From a virus (lineage: Duplodnaviria > Caudoviricetes): a stretch of 52,309 nt of DNA. Shown in pieces: positions 42,668-50,059 of this stretch. The notes under the pieces were generated by a model that was not told the origin of the DNA, searched no databases, and worked only from the letters and a program-made list of their open reading frames with translations. The position numbers were made by a program, and so were the translations under genes. The DNA lies in IMG/VR virus record IMGVR_UViG_3300027759_000121, positions 1-52,309 of that record; one strand, 5' to 3'. Each line of letters begins with the position of its first letter. The first letter of the stretch is position 1.

Positions 42668-43372
42668 ATGGAACTATCAAAACTTTTAACCATAGTAATT
42701 CCGTGTAAAAATGAATTAAAGACAATAGATATTGCTTTAACTTTATTAAACTTCCAAGACAACATAGACAATGTGGAAGTGATCATCGCTGACTCATCAG
42801 ATGACGGAACAACATATCAATTGGAGAATAGAAATCAGGATAAATTTAATTTAAAAGTAATAGAGGGGGGATTACCAGCCAAAGCGAGAAACAACGGAGC
42901 ATGGATGGTAAAAACCCCTTTTATATTATTTATGGATTCGGATATGTTTATATTGGATTCGAGCTTACTAAAAGAAGCAACAAACGAGATGATATCACAT
43001 CAGATGGATCTGATAACCACAAAGATACGAACCACAAGTGGGAAATACAATTATGTGTTTAAAACGTTCGATGTAATACAAAGAGCATCAAAATTATTCT
43101 CACCATTCTGTTTAGGGGGATTCATGTTGTTTAGAAGAGATACATTCGATAAACTGGGGGGATTTGACGAACATGTCCAAGTATCTGAGGACTATCTATT
43201 ATCGAAACAAGTAAAATCCAAAAAATTTAAGATATTAAATAAAACAATATTCACACTACCAAGAAGATTCGACAACAAGGGGTTAGTATATATGATTAGA
43301 CTAATGATTAGATCATATTTCAACAGGAACAATAAAGAGTTCTTCTCAAACGATAATACCTATTGGAAATGA
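42668..43372 (+). CDS. Glycosyltransferase family 2
   Basis: IVIPCKNE, DSSDDGT, ARNNGA, FMDSD, GGFDE..SED. Confidence 0.9.
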   Translation: MELSKLLTIVIPCKNELKTIDIALTLLNFQDNIDNVEVIIADSSDDGTTYQLENRNQDKFNLKVIEGGLPAKARNNGAWMVKTPFILFMDSDMFILDSSLLKEATNEMISHQMDLITTKIRTTSGKYNYVFKTFDVIQRASKLFSPFCLGGFMLFRRDTFDKLGGFDEHVQVSEDYLLSKQVKSKKFKILNKTIFTLPRRFDNKGLVYMIRLMIRSYFNRNNKEFFSNDNTYWK

Positions 43373-44085
43373 AAAGGTGGAGAACAATTATAATGAGTGA
43401 TTTACATTTGGGATCAAGACAATCACAAACCAAGAAGATACTAAAATTTTTAGAAGAGAATGAATCGGATATATTAATCCTTAATGGGGATATTATTGAT
43501 GGATGGGCAATGAAATCAAAGGGCAAGTGGAATAAGGAATGTTCCAAAGTGTTCAGACGGTTTATGAAAAGAAGTGAACAGGGAACAAAGGTTATATACA
43601 TAAGGGGAAACCACGACGATTTTTTAAAACCATTCGTTCCCTTTAAGATGAATAACATGGAGATGGTTAGAAAGTATGTTCATCAAGGATTGGATGGAAG
43701 AAAGTATTTTTGTTTTCACGGGGATGTATTAGATTTTATTATAATGAAGGTAAGATGGTTGGCGGTAATTGGTGGATGGAGTTATGATTTTGTTATAAGA
43801 TTAAATACGATGTATAATTACATTAGACAAAAGTTTAATCTACCCTATCATTCACTGGCGAATGTAATTAAACAATCTGTAAAGGGGGCGATTAATTTTG
43901 TATCTGATTTCGAGGATAACGCAAAGAAACTAACAATACAAAAAGGATATGATGTTGCGGTGTGCGGACATATACACCAACCTAAGTTAGATAATGACTA
44001 TATGAACTCAGGTGACTTCTGTGAGAACTCTACGTGTCTTGTGGAGGATTATGATGGAAAGTGGCATATAATTAATGTGGGGTGA
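43363..44085 (+). CDS. UDP-2,3-diacylglucosamine hydrolase-like (LpxH/YbbF-type) metallophosphoesterase
   Basis: SDLHLG, NGDIIDGW, GNHD, HGD, CGHIH, NSGDF. Confidence 0.85.
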   Translation: MEMKRWRTIIMSDLHLGSRQSQTKKILKFLEENESDILILNGDIIDGWAMKSKGKWNKECSKVFRRFMKRSEQGTKVIYIRGNHDDFLKPFVPFKMNNMEMVRKYVHQGLDGRKYFCFHGDVLDFIIMKVRWLAVIGGWSYDFVIRLNTMYNYIRQKFNLPYHSLANVIKQSVKGAINFVSDFEDNAKKLTIQKGYDVAVCGHIHQPKLDNDYMNSGDFCENSTCLVEDYDGKWHIINVG

Positions 44086-44130
44086 TATAACTATATTTGA
44101 TTGATTCCAATTATCAATATATTTATTAAT

Positions 44131-44814
44131 ATGAACCTACAAGAATCCATAAGAAGAATATTAAGGGAACCGGTTAATGAATCAACATTCTTTCGTAGAA
44201 GAGTTGATATGAATTCAATAGATAAAAAATTCTTTGAAAATTTAAATAAAGTTACCGATACATATTTAAGAAAACATAATAATGGAGGATATTGTAGTTT
44301 TAATGTGTTTAGAACTACTGTTATATCATATCTTATTGATGATTATCGTGATAATTTATCTGATGAAGATTATGATAATTTTCCATATGATGAGGTTTAT
44401 GATTTTCTTTTAAAACATTTTTATGACAAGATTAAAAATAGATATGTTGAGGCGTTTGGTGGAGACATTAATGAATCTATAAGAAAAATATTAAGGGAAG
44501 AGAATAGTCTTATACCAATGATTCGACGCAGAGTCCCGCACGATGATTTAGAGAGAGAATTTAAAGAATCTTTAGATATGTCATCAAATATGTTACTTAA
44601 TTTAAATAGAAATGATGGGGGTATCATGGACTTAAAAAGATTTATAGATGTGACAACTTCAGTGTTAATGGATGGGATCCATTATGAAATATATAGCACC
44701 ATGCCACTTGAATCTCAATGGTATGATGAGGTTATAGAAAGTTTAAAAAAACACTATAAACACAGAATTGAGGTGAGATATGATCAATTAACAAGTGGCG
44801 AAAGATGGATGTGA
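44131..44814 (+). CDS. Leader-bearing protein with internally duplicated module
   Basis: ESIRRILRE..FFRRRVD and ESIRKILRE..MIRRRVP. Confidence 0.7.
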   Translation: MNLQESIRRILREPVNESTFFRRRVDMNSIDKKFFENLNKVTDTYLRKHNNGGYCSFNVFRTTVISYLIDDYRDNLSDEDYDNFPYDEVYDFLLKHFYDKIKNRYVEAFGGDINESIRKILREENSLIPMIRRRVPHDDLEREFKESLDMSSNMLLNLNRNDGGIMDLKRFIDVTTSVLMDGIHYEIYSTMPLESQWYDEVIESLKKHYKHRIEVRYDQLTSGERWM

Positions 44815-44896
44815 TAAATAAAGAGTATATATCTTAGATATAGAATAATTAGGATCCTCCATTGATTAAGTGGGGGATTTTTATTATATTTGTGCT

Positions 44897-45172
44897 ATGG
44901 ATAAGAAATTAAAATTATCATATGAAGAAAGAATCCAATGGTTCATAAATAAATATTATGAGTCAGGTATGGAGTACGAAGGATTATTGGTATCAATGAA
45001 AGATACGGACTTAGATTCCTTTCAATGGTATGATGAAACAATATCTATTCCAAAATACAGTGATGTTACGTTATATTCAGAAATTGAGTATCTAATCATA
45101 ATGTGGCGTAATGATGGAACAAAAACTGCGGGACATCTAACAAGAGAGATTATGAAACTAATAAATGAGTAA
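44897..45172 (+). CDS. Hypothetical protein
   Basis: TATATTTG 4 nt before ATG; DGTKTAG.LTREI motif. Confidence 0.65.
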   Translation: MDKKLKLSYEERIQWFINKYYESGMEYEGLLVSMKDTDLDSFQWYDETISIPKYSDVTLYSEIEYLIIMWRNDGTKTAGHLTREIMKLINE

Positions 45173-45883
45173 AATGAAAAAAGAAAGTCATAATGATTTA
45201 ATAAATAAATTATTAGAGAAAGAAAATAATATTGGTAAGGTTGTCAATAGGTTTTTAAAAATGAGACTTAAACGAAGGATCAAGAAATTCACGGGAATTA
45301 AAATAAAATAAAAATAAAAGTTATGGAAGAGATATTAAAAGAATTTGGAGAAGTAGGGGCACCTAGTATGTATGAGATTACTACATTAGTGTATGAGTCA
45401 AAATACGGATCAGATGAAACTGATTCTGAAAAATAAGTGTGGGAATGACATCGGTTTCTATAGCAATTGGGATTGTATCCGTTATATTTGTTTTAATGGT
45501 CATACTGTTAATAATTGGTGATAACCACAAATAGTATGAAGATTTTAAAAATAGAGGATTATAATTATTCAATAGTTTATGTTGAAGACAAAAAAAAATT
45601 TGTTGTTTATAAAAGATTCGTTGATGGTAATTGGATGCGATTAAATAGAAATACGTGGACGGTTGTCGCAAACATAGATCAATTAGAAAAATTATTTAAA
45701 GAAAAAAAATATGACTAACGAAGAACTAGAAAACGTGCCACAGATGATATCTGCGAAAATGGCAGCTCAACAAGAACTAATCAATGTCCTCATGAATCAG
45801 GTAATGGACCTATCGATGATGTCTAAAATAGAATTAGGTGACGATGTAATTGCTGAAATTAAACGATTGAATTTGTTATTGCA

Positions 45884-46243
45884 ATGAAGAAAAAAATGCT
45901 TATAGTGGATGACGAAGAAGACATCTTAATATTCTTATCATATCACTTTAATAAAAACGGATTCACTGTAACCACAGCACCTGATGGGATCATAGGATTA
46001 TCGAAATTTGAAAAAGATTCCTTTGATATTGTTATAACAGATATCCGTATGCCAAATATGGATGGTATAGAAATGTGTGGTGAGATAAAAAAACAAGATA
46101 CCACAACACCAATCATATTCTTAACGGCAGTTACGGATGATTATAAAATATTGCATGCAATGAGAACAGGGGCGTCCCAGTTTGTTGATAAACCAATCAA
46201 ACTAGATGAACTAACAGATATCGTTAACAGTTTAATTAATTAA
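45884..46243 (+). CDS. Single-domain response regulator (CheY-like receiver)
   Basis: LIVDDE, TDIRMPNMDG, FLTA, KP. Confidence 0.92.
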   Translation: MKKKMLIVDDEEDILIFLSYHFNKNGFTVTTAPDGIIGLSKFEKDSFDIVITDIRMPNMDGIEMCGEIKKQDTTTPIIFLTAVTDDYKILHAMRTGASQFVDKPIKLDELTDIVNSLIN

Positions 46244-46273
46244 AATTTGGTTTAATAAGAACTATTAAGTAAT

Positions 46274-46813
46274 ATGGTAAATTTTGACAATTTGAATGTT
46301 GGTGATCCTGTAAGTTTTACATCCAAGAAGTTTAATTATAAAGATAGTGATAAGATATGGTTTGTTCTCGAAAAAACCATTAACTATATAAGGTTGGAAG
46401 CGGATGATAGTTCCCTGATTGAACTTTCACCACTAAGAGGAAAACATAATGTGATGATACCATCTAAACATTGGGGTGACGTTAAAATAGATTATTTGTA
46501 ATTAAAATTTGGATTAATAAGAACTAAGTAGTATCTTTGTAATATGGAAAATTTAGAATATTGGTTTTGTAAAATAGGTCCTATTGACAGAAGTAAAGTG
46601 CCTTTTGGTGGTGACGGTCCATTGAGAGATGCCGTTGAAAATAAGTTTATTGATATGTTTGGAGAACAAGCGAAAACCTGTGGTAGTGGTTGGGGTTTAA
46701 AACCAGAAATGAAATCAAGGTTAGACATTATTTCTTTACTACATATTACAGATCCAAGTGGGGAAATATTAAAACAAATTGATGAAATCTTGAGTAAACG
46801 ACCAAAGAATTAA
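46274..46813 (+). CDS. Two hypothetical proteins (46274-46501, 46544-46813)
   Basis: ORFs behind a duplicated upstream element. Confidence 0.6.
46508..46539 (+). promoter_or_regulatory. Bacteroidota-type housekeeping promoter (TTTG-N20-TATCTTTG), example of a recurrent class
   Basis: TAnnTTTG also at 4584, 7479, 8479, 11174, 12981, 16181, 19653, 44885, each 4 nt before a start codon. Confidence 0.8.
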
Positions 46814-46818
46814 AATAT

Positions 46819-46987
46819 GGTCAGGTGGCGTATCACTGATGAAAATCATAAGTACACACCAATGGTTGGTCAGGTGGCGAAAACTGTTGGTGCCAGAGTA
46901 TAAAACAAAGGGCAGAGCACAAAACACTGAACATGGGAGAGGCTGAGGAACTTCCATTACTTACAGGTTCGATTCCTGTCCTGACTA
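46819..46987 (+). ncRNA. tRNA-like RNA with acceptor stem and T arm but a large internal insert
   Basis: GGTCAGG (46819, repeated at 46868) pairs with CCTGACT; ACAGG-TTCGATT-CCTGT T arm. Confidence 0.6.
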
Positions 46988-46988
46988 C

Positions 46989-47083
46989 AAAACACATAAA
47001 CTCAAGTACCCATACCGCTGACGGTGGGCTAAGTAAGATACAATTTCGTACTGCGGGAAGTAGAATGCTTGAGAGTGTGTTTT
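46989..47083 (+). ncRNA. Candidate structured RNA between the two tRNA-like genes
   Basis: aaaacacat/gtgtgtttt and ctcaagta/tgcttgag stems enclosing two hairpins. Confidence 0.5.
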
Positions 47084-47089
47084 AAATAT

Positions 47090-47166
47090 AGTCAGGTAAG
47101 TGTAATTGGTTAACACGTGGCGGTCTTTTATTCGTCATTATGCAGGTTCGAATCCTGTCCTGACTA
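47090..47166 (+). tRNA. Atypical tRNA or pseudo-tRNA with expanded anticodon loop
   Basis: AGTCAGG/CCTGACT acceptor, GTG/CAC D stem, TGGCG/CGTCA stem with loop GTCTTTTATT, GCAGG-TTCGAAT-CCTGT; no encoded CCA. Confidence 0.65.
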
Positions 47167-47391
47167 CTAACTTAAAATAAAAATTATGACTAGATTTAGA
47201 GTACATTTTATTAGCGATTCCGGAATAAAACAAATAATTGTTTCATGTAGATGTGAATCAGATGCTAGAGAAATCGTTAGAAGAAGGGGGAATGTTGTGG
47301 TTCAAGTGGAACACCTTTAATAGAACACCTAAATAAATATGAAAGGGAAATTAGTTAAACAAGAAAATAATATAAACTAAACGTATTCACT

Positions 47392-47628
47392 ATGAAATTA
47401 AAAATAGACGAAAAGGATTATAATGAGATAATTGAGATTATTAATACTATCAAAAAGAGTAGAAAGGATCTTAATGATTTACGGGAGTATGCTTTAAAAC
47501 GATGGGGCATACGATTTTGGATCAATGAAGATTTCCAAAGTAGTGAACATGCTTATTTTATGGAAACCATTAGTGCATCCATACATTATGACACATATAC
47601 ATACGGGTCATTAATTCATTTAAATTAA
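47392..47628 (+). CDS. Hypothetical protein
   Basis: ORF track. Confidence 0.45.
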   Translation: MKLKIDEKDYNEIIEIINTIKKSRKDLNDLREYALKRWGIRFWINEDFQSSEHAYFMETISASIHYDTYTYGSLIHLN

Positions 47629-47780
47629 ATACACTATGAACAGGATTGTCGGTAATATTTGTGGTAATGGTAAATTTATTAATAATTGGAGACGACTTTA
47701 GATAATATGAAGATTTTAAAACTGGAAGTATAAAGATGTCCTAAGAGAATTCCTATCCACCATAACTAAATTCTAACTAG

Positions 47781-47812
47781 ATCCTCCACTAACAATGGGG
47801 GATTTTTTATTT
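47781..47812 (+). terminator. Terminator hairpin, identical 32-nt copy at 49403-49434
   Basis: atcctccactaacaatgggggattttttattt at both sites; relative at 44853. Confidence 0.85.
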
Positions 47813-47831
47813 TTACATATATTTATTACAT

Positions 47832-48263
47832 ATGAACCTACAAGAAAACATACAAAGAATACAATCAATGATGGGGAATAAAAAAGATTCTCCCGTTAAG
47901 GTTTTTAATTATAAAAACTACACGCTTATTCTGTCTAAAAATCCCTGTGATATATTTACACATTTTAATGTAGAAGATTTACACGGACTAAACTATAAAA
48001 AATGTTTAAGATATAAAAATACAAAAGAAAGTGCGTATATTGCGGGACTAACAAATAAAACACCAAAAACAGAAAAAGATTTTTTATATTTAAACTTAAA
48101 TAGATTAGGTAAAGATAAAGAAAAGATGGGACTAATTATGCATGAGACAATGCATTTATCATTAGAGTTACACAAACACGATATTATTAAAAAAGAAGAA
48201 GAAATAATAACTTGGGCAGAAAAAGAGGCTTATAAAATTTATGATATAATAAAAAAATTATGA
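47832..48263 (+). CDS. MNLQE-leader protein with HExxH motif
   Basis: LIMHETMH..EEE. Confidence 0.65.
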   Translation: MNLQENIQRIQSMMGNKKDSPVKVFNYKNYTLILSKNPCDIFTHFNVEDLHGLNYKKCLRYKNTKESAYIAGLTNKTPKTEKDFLYLNLNRLGKDKEKMGLIMHETMHLSLELHKHDIIKKEEEIITWAEKEAYKIYDIIKKL

Positions 48264-49015
48264 ACCTACAGGAATCCATACAGAGAATTAAATCAATGAT
48301 GGGTCTTCTTAATGAAAATAAGAAAACATCGGATTATAAAGGAACAAATAGAATTGTTTTAATTGGACCACCAACTGTTGGTAAATCTACCGTATCAGAA
48401 GAACTTGCAAATCAACTAGGGATTGAATATGTGAAATTAGATAAAATGCAAGAAAAGTTTGGGTATGCTAAAGAAAAAGAATTTGAATTGGTTAAACACG
48501 TATTATCCCCTGATTTTAAAAAATATAATACGTCATCAATAATGGATTTTGGTGGAGGTCACGCACACAACCAAGGGGTAAAAGAACTATTAAATAACTA
48601 CCCAAATGTGTTTTTATTAATGCCATCACAAGATTCTGATAAATCAGAAGAACTGTTAATAAAAACTAATGTAGAAAGATGGGGAGGATTTATGGACCAA
48701 ATGGTTCAAGGGCTTAAAAGTGGAAAACACAAACATTCAAAAGAAAAAGAAAAAGAACTTATTGATAAATTAGAGAGAATGAAAAAAGGTGAGGGTGGAA
48801 AATTTGATAAAAAAGATTTACCTGATGTAGAAGAAATGAAAGGGTGGGGCGGATTAAATATGGCTAAAGATTGGAATAAAATTGCCCCATTATCTAAAGA
48901 AGAAGATGTTAATAACAGAGATATATCGAAACATATTATAAATGTTTACGATAAAAATGGTGAAAGAAGAAATAAAACTGACATTGCGAAAGACATAATT
49001 AATTTATTAGTATGA
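48260..49015 (+). CDS. MNLQE-leader P-loop kinase (shikimate-kinase-like)
   Basis: LIGPPTVGKST, LD, DFGGG. Confidence 0.75.
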   Translation: MNLQESIQRIKSMMGLLNENKKTSDYKGTNRIVLIGPPTVGKSTVSEELANQLGIEYVKLDKMQEKFGYAKEKEFELVKHVLSPDFKKYNTSSIMDFGGGHAHNQGVKELLNNYPNVFLLMPSQDSDKSEELLIKTNVERWGGFMDQMVQGLKSGKHKHSKEKEKELIDKLERMKKGEGGKFDKKDLPDVEEMKGWGGLNMAKDWNKIAPLSKEEDVNNRDISKHIINVYDKNGERRNKTDIAKDIINLLV

Positions 49016-49398
49016 ACCTACAAGAAAACATACAAAGAATACAATCAATGATGGGGGTAATTAATGAATCATCGGAAACAACTGATGATGTTGTAGGAAA
49101 GGAATTTTGGTTTGAGTATCATTGTTTTGAGAGTCCTAAATCTTGTGATGCGGAATTATGGTATAGGACACACAATAAAGTTTTAGTTTTGAGTATTGTA
49201 GAACATGGTTGTTTGGATACAAAATTAGAAAGACTTTTAGAAGGATGTCCAAGAGTATATAGAGTGGTTTTTGAAGATGGGTTTGAGTATGTTGTTTTTG
49301 AAGACGAGTTAATGGAATCAAAAAAAGAGTTTGAAAGACCTGACGCACCAAAAAGAAATCAACAAGAACAAATATCAAGAATACAAGATAAAGATTAA
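49012..49398 (+). CDS. MNLQE-leader hypothetical protein
   Basis: FEYHC.ES..S.DAELWYRTH..YRV.F.DG..FEDEL. Confidence 0.7.
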   Translation: MNLQENIQRIQSMMGVINESSETTDDVVGKEFWFEYHCFESPKSCDAELWYRTHNKVLVLSIVEHGCLDTKLERLLEGCPRVYRVVFEDGFEYVVFEDELMESKKEFERPDAPKRNQQEQISRIQDKD

Positions 49399-49511
49399 AT
49401 CAATCCTCCACTAACAATGGGGGATTTTTTATTTAAAGGATAATAGTGTTATATGTAAAAACATACAATTACATTTTGTGGTATGATGAACCCTAAAATT
49501 TGGGGTCTATC

Positions 49512-50000
49512 TTACATAGAAATGGGATAATCGGAGATAAGTCTTTCATAGTTCCTACTAACGCCAACCAGATCATAGTCATCTAAACATCTCCAAGAGT
49601 TAGAAGATAATATTCGATTAAATCCAATCTCAGACTCTCTTTTATAATATTCGAGGGATTCGTCATCAATGATAAGAAACTTCGTGTAACCCTCTGATTT
49701 ACGTTTAATAACATATCCCGCACGATCATCAGGATCACCAAAAGATAGATCATTAACGATTATACCTCTACTAACCAAGAAGTCCTTAAATTCATTACCA
49801 TCCTTAGATCCGTTCCAGTAAGATCGACCCCAAGTAGAAACAATACATATATCAGAATTAAACATGGTAATAATACTATTAAGTACTTCAACAGACTTAG
49901 GTATAAAAGAATGTTTACCATCAGGATCCCTGTCCTTTAGTTTAAGGTAACTAACAAGTACACCATCAATATCAAGATATATAACAAAAGGTTTATCCAT
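49512..50000 (-). CDS. Second HAD phosphatase, Swiss-army-knife RNA-repair type
   Basis: YLDIDGVL, IVSTW, LIIDDE. Confidence 0.8.
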   Translation of the reverse strand: MDKPFVIYLDIDGVLVSYLKLKDRDPDGKHSFIPKSVEVLNSIITMFNSDICIVSTWGRSYWNGSKDGNEFKDFLVSRGIIVNDLSFGDPDDRAGYVIKRKSEGYTKFLIIDDESLEYYKRESEIGFNRILSSNSWRCLDDYDLVGVSRNYERLISDYPISM

Positions 50001-50059
50001 AAGGTAAAGATAGTAATAATAAATGATATATGTATTAGAGTATAGGATTAAATCATTCA

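Noticed and set aside
46836-46883. Hammerhead ribozyme (CTGATGA..GAAAC)
   Set aside because: Stem II cannot close (A opposite C) and stems I/III are not evident
46819-46987. tmRNA
   Set aside because: Too short, no G3-U70 alanine determinant and no tag ORF
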